From the NCBI GenBank assembly GCA_041742075.1, contig JBGSJJ010000015.1:65132-129131 (forward strand): a stretch of DNA of 64,000 nucleotides, in the 5' to 3' direction. Shown here piece by piece: positions 56,311 through 64,000 of the stretch (its first letter is position 1; each line of letters starts with the position of its first letter). The DNA comes from Minisyncoccia bacterium. GTDB taxonomy: Bacteria; Patescibacteriota; Minisyncoccia; Phycocordibacterales; UBA918. Made by a program: the position numbers and the translations under genes. Below the pieces are notes generated by a model. That model did no database searches and was not told where the DNA came from. It worked only from the letters and a program-made list of their open reading frames with translations.

Positions 56311-57648
56311 TTATGAGGCTTTAAGGGGTGCCAAACTAAGGGCACTTTCAATGGCATCTCGATACGCCACCTTAAACACTTCTGGGTCTTCATGAAGACG
56401 ATCTTTTATCGTCGTGCGAGCGTTGTGGGCAAACTGCACCCGGGTACCATTATTATTTAGAAACTTGGAGAGTTTCTGTGAAAATTCAATCGTGTCGTCT
56501 TTATCGCATAAAAACGCATTTTCTTCATCTGTAAAAACGTCATTTCGAAGGTCAGTCCGCGCCGCCAAAATAGGCAGACCAACCGCAGCTGCCTTAATCA
56601 CAATTTCTTCACTTTCTGGAGTTACGTCGGTACAGACAAGTAAATTGGCCGAGCGCATATACGAGATCACATCTACACTAGCCGGTTCAAAAATAAGCTG
56701 TTCGTTTATTCCAAAAATATTAGCCCGATTTTGGAACTCTTTTTTCATCGGTCCATCACCGATGACTACAAGTGCAATGGCTGGTGAGCGTAGTATAGTC
56801 CGTGAGGCGTCAATCGCTCTGAAAAGAGTACTGTCATGGTTAAGTGTCCCGACAAAGAGCGCAATGAATTTAAAGCGCGCTAACTTTGCTGGCTTAACTG
56901 TTTGCTCTCTGGTTTCTGAAAGAATCGCTTTAATGTTGTAGTACCGTGGCAGTAGCAACGGTTCTTTTAAGTGAGCAAAATTTTTCTTCACTTTCTCTTT
57001 AATACTTTGCGAAGTAACACAAATACTCTCCGTTTGCTTAAGTACATGTCGTGACAACCGTAAGAGCATTTTGGCATGGGGTCGAGAGTACAAAAATGAC
57101 TCGGAAAATATATCTTCTAACAGATGCACTTGAAACGGTCGCTGATACTTCTCTGATAACTTTAAGCCGATGTACCCAGCCTCAAAAGGATCAAGTGCCA
57201 CAATAATGTCCGGACGGAACCCATCAGTGAACTCGAGTTGTTTTTTCATCAGCTCTTCCGCAACGGTGAGCATTTGCCACCAATGACTGGCGGTTGCGCC
57301 ATAGACAAAGACTCGATCAGCAATTTTATCGGTTAAAAAACGAGGTTTCCCCGCGCACTCTATCACCGCTATGTGTATCTCTTCAAACACGGCGTTAAGG
57401 GAGGCTAGTTTCTCTAAAAGCTCAGTTTGCGGGGCGAGCAAATTAACGTCAGTGGAAATAAACAAGACTCTTGATTTTGTTCGTCCAGTAGTTAAAGGTA
57501 GTGCTGGCCCTTGGCCCACTTGGGCAGTGTTAGTCAGCCCACTACGCAAGGTCTCGAGGGTACTATCCTCATTTAACACGTACTCCAAAATGTTTTCAGA
57601 TCGCGGAGCCGGACTAAATGTCTCTGGTTCACGCATAACATTGACCAT
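56311..57648 (-). CDS. GT-B-fold glycosyltransferase (GT4-like)
   Basis: C-terminal ...LLVCTDVTPESEEIVIKAAAVGLPILAA... is an EX7E-type region. 445 aa. Confidence 0.55.
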   Translation of the reverse strand: MVNVMREPETFSPAPRSENILEYVLNEDSTLETLRSGLTNTAQVGQGPALPLTTGRTKSRVLFISTDVNLLAPQTELLEKLASLNAVFEEIHIAVIECAGKPRFLTDKIADRVFVYGATASHWWQMLTVAEELMKKQLEFTDGFRPDIIVALDPFEAGYIGLKLSEKYQRPFQVHLLEDIFSESFLYSRPHAKMLLRLSRHVLKQTESICVTSQSIKEKVKKNFAHLKEPLLLPRYYNIKAILSETREQTVKPAKLARFKFIALFVGTLNHDSTLFRAIDASRTILRSPAIALVVIGDGPMKKEFQNRANIFGINEQLIFEPASVDVISYMRSANLLVCTDVTPESEEIVIKAAAVGLPILAARTDLRNDVFTDEENAFLCDKDDTIEFSQKLSKFLNNNGTRVQFAHNARTTIKDRLHEDPEVFKVAYRDAIESALSLAPLKAS

Positions 57649-57724
57649 ATACAGTTAAGTATAGCGTATATGCTCGTTAAACAGTGATACTATCTCACGC
57701 CCGCCTGTGTATGAAAGAGTTGCC

Positions 57725-58768
57725 CTACGCTCCACCCTGCACGATGTTCATAATAAACGCCGCCAGTTTGTTTGAGTCATGGCGAAGCAAGCTCCGTTTT
57801 AACTGATCACTGGGACCAGAGACTGTCACCACATCAGACAATAAGTCTCCGGTTAAAACTGGCACCGGTAAAACCGCTGTATCGTCAATTAGGGGTGTGT
57901 CCCCTTCTTCAAGATAGTGTTCGAGTATATCGGCTCGAAGTGGAGCACTATTTTTGAGCACCACATCAGGCATGCGAGTTGTATAGCGAGCGATTTCCCG
58001 CACGTGATCATTAATAGTCATGCCTCGGGTTTGTCCTGGTCTCGTCATAAGGTTGGCGACATAGACAATTTTTGCTTTTGATTGAGCAAAGGCCTCTGGC
58101 ACTCCCTGAATAACGCAATTAGCTAAGATACTTGAATACAAGTCTCCCGGTCCCAATACAATACAATCGGCCTCAACAATAGCTTCAAAAGCCTCGTCGT
58201 TGATTATTCCTACCGGACTCGTAAAGAGTGACGTAATCCGTCTATGCGCATACGCTGGCGGTGGAGCATCAATATTTGTCTCACCAATGACGGTAGTACG
58301 ATCATCGTACTCGGCCACCAGGTTTAGATTGTCCGCAGTAACGGGTATTACTGACCCTCGAATATTTAAAATATGGGATGCAACTTTTGTCGCTTCAATT
58401 TCGCTCCCTAAAATATCTGTCAGCGCCGTTAAAAATAAGTTTCCAAAATTATGCCCCGACAAACCTTCACCTTTGGCAAAGCGGTACATAAAAAGTTGGC
58501 GGACGATTTCTTCGTGATCGTCGTCATCACTGGCGAGCGCCACCAGAGCCATCCGCACGTCACCCACGGGCAAATACCCAAACTCATCTCGCAGTCGTCC
58601 GGTTGACCCGCCTGAGTCGGCCATGGTGACGACCGCTTTTATATCGAGACTACTGTGAAATTGCTTGAGTCCACGCAAAACAGTGTGGGTACCTGTCCCG
58701 CCTCCAATTACCACTATTTTCTTTTTTGTGGGCTTACGTAAGCGTTTCGTAGCCGTATGTTCATCCAT
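57725..58768 (-). CDS. YvcK/CofD-family protein (UPF0052; gluconeogenesis-factor / cell-envelope homeostasis family)
   Basis: KIVVIGGGTGTHTVLRGLK...AVVTMADSGGSTGRLRDEFGYLPVGDVRMAL. Confidence 0.8.
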   Translation of the reverse strand: MDEHTATKRLRKPTKKKIVVIGGGTGTHTVLRGLKQFHSSLDIKAVVTMADSGGSTGRLRDEFGYLPVGDVRMALVALASDDDDHEEIVRQLFMYRFAKGEGLSGHNFGNLFLTALTDILGSEIEATKVASHILNIRGSVIPVTADNLNLVAEYDDRTTVIGETNIDAPPPAYAHRRITSLFTSPVGIINDEAFEAIVEADCIVLGPGDLYSSILANCVIQGVPEAFAQSKAKIVYVANLMTRPGQTRGMTINDHVREIARYTTRMPDVVLKNSAPLRADILEHYLEEGDTPLIDDTAVLPVPVLTGDLLSDVVTVSGPSDQLKRSLLRHDSNKLAAFIMNIVQGGA

Positions 58769-58828
58769 CTGGTAACTCTAGTACAAGTACCTCATACAAA
58801 ACAACTAGACAAATTAAAAAAGTATCCC

Positions 58829-60277
58829 TCAAGCGTGATTTTTTACCTCTGTTGGTGATTTGGTGAGGAAAATAGCTCCTAAAACCAGCAAAACAAACAG
58901 TCCAAATACGATGAGTGGCGTTGTCTCGCGAGGGGCGGGTTCCTTAGTTACTGGCCTAGCAGAGCTCTCTTGAGGCGACTCAGCCTCGACTGTTGCTTCA
59001 ATTAGACTAGGCTGACTATCCGCACCATACACCGCGTCAGCATCTTTATGGGGTACGTACACTGGTTCAGTAGACGCTTCAGCTCTCGGCGTAAACGTAA
59101 AAAAGTCAGTTGCTTCTGCTTCTTGTTCTATACTAAGCAGTACTTCTTCGGGAACCACCTCAGTAGATACTTTGGCAGTATTATTTGTAGTAGCCACCAA
59201 CTGTCCTTCAGAGTCGTACAAAGCGACACTATCACCATAGGATGCCTGCAAACGATTTTTTGAGACCGTGATAGTACCCCTCGGCAGAAGCATGGTTCTG
59301 GGCGGGAAAATTACTGACTCAACTCCACGTAATCTAAAGCCTGAGAGTGGTACTTCGTACGGAGAATTATTATGCACCTGTACATCGCCAGCTGTATTTT
59401 GAGTCAAAGAAACCGTGACTGGTAGTACGGTAATTGTGACTCGCGCTATCTGTTCATGGCGCGCGTACGAAGCATAGACATTGACCGCGTATTCACCCGG
59501 ATAAAGAAACTGGTGCGTAACTTCTTTACCACTCTCACTATACCCATCACCAAAGTTCCAATTATATAAAAGCGAATGCAATATCGTATCGTTTGGCCCG
59601 GCCGGGGTTACTACAAACGGTATCTCTTGTCCCACATATGCAATCTCTGGGGCATCTATCACAAGTGCAAGTTCAGTATTTGCTCGTTCTAGTTTGAGCG
59701 TCTTCTTAGGTGGACGTAAAAGTACCCCTCCGCCAGATCGCACCAGAGGAGCTGTGGTGACTTCTTCTTCATCACTAGGTGTTGTCTCACTACCAACAGT
59801 TTTATTAGCACTGCCGGGTGTCGCTTCTGCCGTAATCCACTTCGTGCCACTATACTGAGCAGTTTCTTTGGTCGTATTATTGCCACCTATATTTTCCCAA
59901 TCGGTGCCACCAACCACTTGGTCAACAATGGTTTCATCGCCTGTACGCAAAGTAATCGTTGCGCCCGTATTTACAAGCGCACCCGTATAGGTGACAAACG
60001 GCGGGTTAGCAAGGTATACCCCGTCGCCGCGATTTCGCTCAAGTAGTACGTAGTCACCGGCCGGTATTTCACCAGCCAGCGCTATCGTAACACTCTCACC
60101 AACGGTAAGTTTCCAGCCAGCTAAAGAAACAGCGCTCGCATCGCTATTGTAAAGCTCAATCCACTCGTGATTCACGGACTCCACACTCCCCATCCACGCT
60201 ACCTCACTGACACTTACACCAGCATACGTAAGCGAGGGTAGTCCGAGAAACAGAGTGAGGAGGAGTAAGGCACGCAT
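58829..60277 (-). CDS. Surface protein: signal peptide, lamin-tail domain (LTD), PKD domain, C-terminal TM anchor
   Basis: MRALLLLTLFLGLPSLTYA is the signal peptide. VSEVAWMGSVESVNHEWIELYN...GWKL is LTD. NWNFGDGYSESGKEVTHQFLYPGEYAVNV is PKD. C-terminal PLIVFGLFVLLVLGAIFL. Confidence 0.7.
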   Translation of the reverse strand: MRALLLLTLFLGLPSLTYAGVSVSEVAWMGSVESVNHEWIELYNSDASAVSLAGWKLTVGESVTIALAGEIPAGDYVLLERNRGDGVYLANPPFVTYTGALVNTGATITLRTGDETIVDQVVGGTDWENIGGNNTTKETAQYSGTKWITAEATPGSANKTVGSETTPSDEEEVTTAPLVRSGGGVLLRPPKKTLKLERANTELALVIDAPEIAYVGQEIPFVVTPAGPNDTILHSLLYNWNFGDGYSESGKEVTHQFLYPGEYAVNVYASYARHEQIARVTITVLPVTVSLTQNTAGDVQVHNNSPYEVPLSGFRLRGVESVIFPPRTMLLPRGTITVSKNRLQASYGDSVALYDSEGQLVATTNNTAKVSTEVVPEEVLLSIEQEAEATDFFTFTPRAEASTEPVYVPHKDADAVYGADSQPSLIEATVEAESPQESSARPVTKEPAPRETTPLIVFGLFVLLVLGAIFLTKSPTEVKNHA

Positions 60278-60289
60278 ACTAGAGAATAC

Positions 60290-62332
60290 TTACAGCAGTG
60301 GTGGTCTATCGTTCCCGGTTACACGCATCATTCGTTCTAGTTTTTTTGGTGACAAAGGATCATCGGCTATTTCGGAAGTTCGCTCATCACTTTTTGGTTC
60401 TATGGGTGGAGGCGGTACCAGCCTGTCTTCTACGACACTTGATTCTTCCGTCGGTGCTACTGGGGTTGGTTTTGTGGCGTCGCCAATTGCTTTAGCTAGA
60501 GCGTCTTTAAGACCAGTATCTGGTTTTACTGAATTTTTTTCTGCCCCCTCTGTCTCAGATGCAGTACTTTTGTGTACATTCGCTTTCTCGTTGGTAGCGG
60601 AATTATTTTGTGAGGTAATCGATTTTAAAATAGCGCGTAAGTCATCGACGCTCGTTTGCTTAGGTGGTTGCGTTACGTCCCGCTGTCGTTCTCCCTGCGG
60701 TGGTCTTGGAGTAGTTACGGAAGGAGTCGGCCTTCGGTCTGTGTCTCGAGCACTTTCTACTCGAGCCGGTCGTGCTACTTCTGGCGATAAAACTGGCTTA
60801 GTATCTTGGCCCTGTGGTCGCACTACTAAAGGAGTGCGCGACGTGTCTCCTTTTTCTCTCCCCTCTCCCGCTTTATTTCGGTTATCAGTAGCTTCTCCTC
60901 TCACTGCTCGACGATCGTGATTTTGAGTAGATTCTTCATACTTCCGGGCCGGCGTTTCTGGTCTTTCTAACCTCACTTCTCTTGGGGGTTGAACACTACC
61001 ATCTCCTGTAGGTGGCTTGCGTTCAACCACCGGTTTTGGCGTCGGTTTATGAAATTCCAAAATAAGCTCTTCCACTTCTGCCCGTGGCCGAGCAAACTGT
61101 TTTCGACTCTCGGCCACAATCATATCCCGGCACGACACACTGGCGCGTGGGATTGGTGGAAGCGTAGTGGCGGAAAATGGTGTTGAACCGATACCGTCAA
61201 TCATAAGCGTCAGGTAGACCTGCGCGAACCCAAGGTTCACAATGTCTGGTGCCAAAAACTTTGGCGTAAATATAGTCTCGAGTACCTCCGCGTCAAACGG
61301 ACCAACCCGAAACGCAATAATCGTTCCGACGTTACCAAACACGGCATTGCGCACCTCTTCTTCCATTTGCTCGATATACTGGTGAGCAATCGTTAGATTG
61401 AGTTTGTACTTTCTGGCTTCTGACAAAATGTCTGCAAAGGTAGCGTTTGCAAATGACTGAAACTCGTCAACGTAAAAGTAAAAGTTTGGCGCTGAGTCCA
61501 TTTGAGTTGGCGTCAGGTCGGCCCGACTCATGGCCGCGAGATAAATACGGGTCGTGAGCATTGAACCCAAAAGATTGGCATTACTCTCTCCCACCAAACC
61601 TTTAGAAAGATTCATGATAAGAATCTTTTTGTTATCCATGATGTCACGAATGTCAAAACTAGAATGGGGTTGCCCAACAATATTTCGGATAAGTGGGTTC
61701 GAGGTAAACTGCCCAATCTTGTTTTTAATCGCATCACCCGCCTCCTGCATGTAGCGCTCGTTGTACTTTAAAAACTCATCAACCCAAAAAGACTTTACTG
61801 AAGGGTCTTTAATGTTGTCTATGACCGCCTTACGATAATCCTTATCGGAGAGCATGCGATTCACGCCAAGCAGGGTCGAATTTGGATACTCGAGAAGTGC
61901 CAAAAGCGTATTTGAAAGAATATACTCCATACGGGCTGACCAGGCGTCTATCCAGATTTTTTTGAACACAGACATGAGGCCCGACACCACCAAGTGGCGC
62001 CGGTCTGGACCGACGTCTTCCATGACATTAAAAGAAACCGGGCAATCCGTGTCAAACGGAGCAAAATAAAGCACATCCTTCTTGCGCTCTTCCGGAATGT
62101 AGTTAAGCAGGGTTTCCGCTGTCTGTCCGTGCGGGTCGATAAACGCGAGACCATTACCATTTCGGATATCCTGGACAGCCATATTCTCAAGGAGCGTGGA
62201 CTTACCCATACCAGTCTTCCCGATGACATACACATGCCGAGTCCTATCTTTCGCCTTAATACCAAAAGGCACATTGTTACCACGCGAATCGGTCTTGGCA
62301 AAAAAAGTAATCTGTTCAGGGTCGTATAGCAT
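60290..62332 (-). CDS. Soluble VirD4/TraD/TraG-like (type IV coupling protein-like, AAA_10/TrwB-type) P-loop ATPase with a ~260-aa disordered Pro/Thr/Arg/Glu-rich C-terminal tail
   Basis: HVYVIGKTGMGKSTLLENMAVQD is Walker A. FYFYVDEFQSFA is Walker B. No N-terminal TM segments. The tail is low-complexity. Confidence 0.6.
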   Translation of the reverse strand: MLYDPEQITFFAKTDSRGNNVPFGIKAKDRTRHVYVIGKTGMGKSTLLENMAVQDIRNGNGLAFIDPHGQTAETLLNYIPEERKKDVLYFAPFDTDCPVSFNVMEDVGPDRRHLVVSGLMSVFKKIWIDAWSARMEYILSNTLLALLEYPNSTLLGVNRMLSDKDYRKAVIDNIKDPSVKSFWVDEFLKYNERYMQEAGDAIKNKIGQFTSNPLIRNIVGQPHSSFDIRDIMDNKKILIMNLSKGLVGESNANLLGSMLTTRIYLAAMSRADLTPTQMDSAPNFYFYVDEFQSFANATFADILSEARKYKLNLTIAHQYIEQMEEEVRNAVFGNVGTIIAFRVGPFDAEVLETIFTPKFLAPDIVNLGFAQVYLTLMIDGIGSTPFSATTLPPIPRASVSCRDMIVAESRKQFARPRAEVEELILEFHKPTPKPVVERKPPTGDGSVQPPREVRLERPETPARKYEESTQNHDRRAVRGEATDNRNKAGEGREKGDTSRTPLVVRPQGQDTKPVLSPEVARPARVESARDTDRRPTPSVTTPRPPQGERQRDVTQPPKQTSVDDLRAILKSITSQNNSATNEKANVHKSTASETEGAEKNSVKPDTGLKDALAKAIGDATKPTPVAPTEESSVVEDRLVPPPPIEPKSDERTSEIADDPLSPKKLERMMRVTGNDRPPLL

Positions 62333-62745
62333 CTTGTTCAGTATACCAAACCCTTACTCACAACACTGCACTATTACGTATGAGGTGCTAACAAGTAAAA
62401 ATTTTGTAGGTTTGCGTGTAGAAAGATTAATTTCGAGTTGGTGTGAATAATACTTTGCTGGAACTAACAAAACCCTTAATCGTATGCCTCATTTTTTGGA
62501 AAAATTTTTTGTTGTATAGTTTGTAGTTACCAGTTCAGTTATTACTCCGCGTACATTAGCTGCTCTAAAGAGCTGGGTGCGGTCGTCACCGAAGAGACTA
62601 GGGACAAAGACGGCTATGGTATGTGTTTGGTGACACATATACAAGTTCAGAGTCTTTATATGTGCTGGAGATGCGGGCATCGAGATATTGTATCGAATAT
62701 TTGGGTATCGGGGGGGGTAGGGATCACTTTACCACCACCGCTACA

Positions 62746-64000
62746 CTAATATGTCCCGTTACTTGGAAATGGCCTAGGCATCCTTGACCAGTGACTATCA
62801 GCACGAACTGTACCAGGGGCTGGAAGAACGAAAACACCACCACCGCTACAGGTATAGACATCACCAGTGGTTGGATGGACAGCCATCTCTCGATTTGCTG
62901 CCGTAACTGGTGAGTTACCAGTAATGTCTTCCCATGTTATAGCCGTGAAGGTGGCATTAAACGTTCCCCGCCAGACCATTGACTTACCAAATGCCCGCGC
63001 GTAGAAGTAAAATCGACGCGGCTCCAGCGTACACCATGCACCACTTGCTGCAAGAATCGGGAGCACATTGTTCCATCCACTACTCGCGTATGCGTTTGCA
63101 AGTCGTAACTCTAATTTTATAGACGCACTCGCTTCGCCTTGTAGCAACACTAAATCACCGCTATTACTAGTTGTGATAGCATAATTATCATTATGAGGAG
63201 AAACCCAGAAAAAAGGTTTGTCTTTTCCGCCTCGGTTTGGTGGATTGCCGGTGTACCACGTTGTCCAACTTACACCACCATCAGTTGAGCGATCAAACTT
63301 TTCATAGTTAGACGTAGCCCAAGTAACACTTCCCCGTTGACCAGACACACCACAGGCGGTACGACCACCACCCATTAACGACCAGCTGTCGCCAGCATTA
63401 TTCGATCGGAAGAGACCAGCGTACACTTGATTTGAGTTTGCTGGAGACACATACACAGTTGGAGTAGGATTTGCACTCGGCATACGAACAACCCAACTAG
63501 GTGCTAAATCTCCATTAGCAGCTCTATCACGTGTCAAAATAATTTGTCTAGAACCATAGTCACCAATTGCCAAAATGGCGCGACCGCGCTTTGCAACTGG
63601 AACTTCGGTTGCATTCTGAGGAATCAAACCAACCGCAACTCCGCTAAACGTCCCTCCGACAACTGAATTAAATTGATTTTTAATTGAATCACTGAGTTTC
63701 GCCTCAAGTAGTGTGTCTGGCAAATTATTTGTGTGTGCACACTGAACATCGTTTAGAGCCATAAGCATTCGGTTTGGACTGCTTCTATCAAAAGCTACGC
63801 CGAGTGAGAACATCCCTCCAAAGCCAGCTCCACTGACAAACCAGTCAGCACCGCGATTATTTGTAATCCACATTTGTCCATAACCAAAGGCTGAGGCTGT
63901 TTGAACGTTCGTTTGACTAGCTCGAAATTGTGACTGCCCTTTTCCTGTAAAGCTCACCCAGTGCTGATTGTAGTCAAGACCACTTGCTGGTGGATTAATA
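62746..64000 (-). CDS. BNR/Asp-box repeat protein (sialidase-like beta-propeller). 5' end lies beyond the window; the track's GTG at 63957 is not the true start.
   Basis: Asp-box-like SxDxGxSW motifs (SNNAGDSW, STDGGVSW). The reading frame stays open to position 64000 (…INPPASGLDYNQHWVSFTGKG…). Confidence 0.6.
   Translation of the reverse strand, partial: INPPASGLDYNQHWVSFTGKGQSQFRASQTNVQTASAFGYGQMWITNNRGADWFVSGAGFGGMFSLGVAFDRSSPNRMLMALNDVQCAHTNNLPDTLLEAKLSDSIKNQFNSVVGGTFSGVAVGLIPQNATEVPVAKRGRAILAIGDYGSRQIILTRDRAANGDLAPSWVVRMPSANPTPTVYVSPANSNQVYAGLFRSNNAGDSWSLMGGGRTACGVSGQRGSVTWATSNYEKFDRSTDGGVSWTTWYTGNPPNRGGKDKPFFWVSPHNDNYAITTSNSGDLVLLQGEASASIKLELRLANAYASSGWNNVLPILAASGAWCTLEPRRFYFYARAFGKSMVWRGTFNATFTAITWEDITGNSPVTAANREMAVHPTTGDVYTCSGGGVFVLPAPGTVRADSHWSRMPRPFPSNGTY

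Noticed and set aside
60255-60920. 221-aa + strand ORF overlapping the 3' end of the VirD4-like gene
   Set aside because: Antisense of the low-complexity P/T/R-rich tail. Ser/Gly-rich nonsense composition and no SD.

Overview
This 64-kb window is almost entirely coding and uses the standard genetic code (TGA is a stop codon). The backbone is roughly 48-50% GC. Several genes (a YvcK/CofD homolog, a soluble VirD4/TraD-like ATPase, lamin-tail-domain surface proteins) are reminiscent of small-genome uncultivated bacteria of the Patescibacteria/CPR type, but that assignment is an inference. There are three blocks. (1) Positions 1-12 kb, minus strand, hold a 2768-aa signal-peptide-bearing, Ser/Thr/Gly-rich, internally repetitive surface protein. 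It is translationally coupled to two paralogous membrane-anchored HTH proteins upstream and is followed by a second secreted protein that runs off the window start. (2) Positions 12-21 kb hold housekeeping genes gatB, obg, secA and murB, plus an unannotated Lys/Ala-rich histone-like mini-gene and a Wzy_C (O-antigen-ligase/PglL-like)+TPR membrane protein. (3) Positions 22.7-57.6 kb are a glycan-biosynthesis locus of about 35 kb. It contains gmd and fcl (GDP-fucose), separated by a 2.1-kb insertion carrying a RelE/RelB toxin-antitoxin pair. It contains two different fucosyltransferases (GT10 and GT11), several GT2, GT4 and GT-D transferases, FkbM-type methyltransferases and a Wzx flippase. It contains a CDP-3,6-dideoxyhexose-type pathway: ddhA/rfbF, ddhB/rfbG, an RfbH/DdhC-like PMP-dehydrase (His replaces the Schiff-base Lys), and a TPP-dependent YerE-like enzyme. 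It contains unusual fusion enzymes (nucleotidyltransferase+APH-type kinase, HAD phosphatase+nucleotidyltransferase) and galE. About 22 kb of this locus (27.8-50.0 kb) is markedly AT-rich relative to the flanks, which suggests horizontal acquisition. The 3' end (57.7-64 kb, minus strand) encodes YvcK, a lamin-tail+PKD surface protein directly downstream of a VirD4/TraD-like ATPase with a long disordered tail, and a BNR-repeat protein that runs off the window. No rRNA, tRNA, CRISPR array or transposase was recognised. The candidate novel systems are the HTH-TM/giant-adhesin cassette, the putative surface-protein O-glycosylation system (Wzy_C-TPR plus the fucose/dideoxyhexose locus), the LTD-protein/T4CP-like ATPase pair, and two small pairs of uncharacterised genes.
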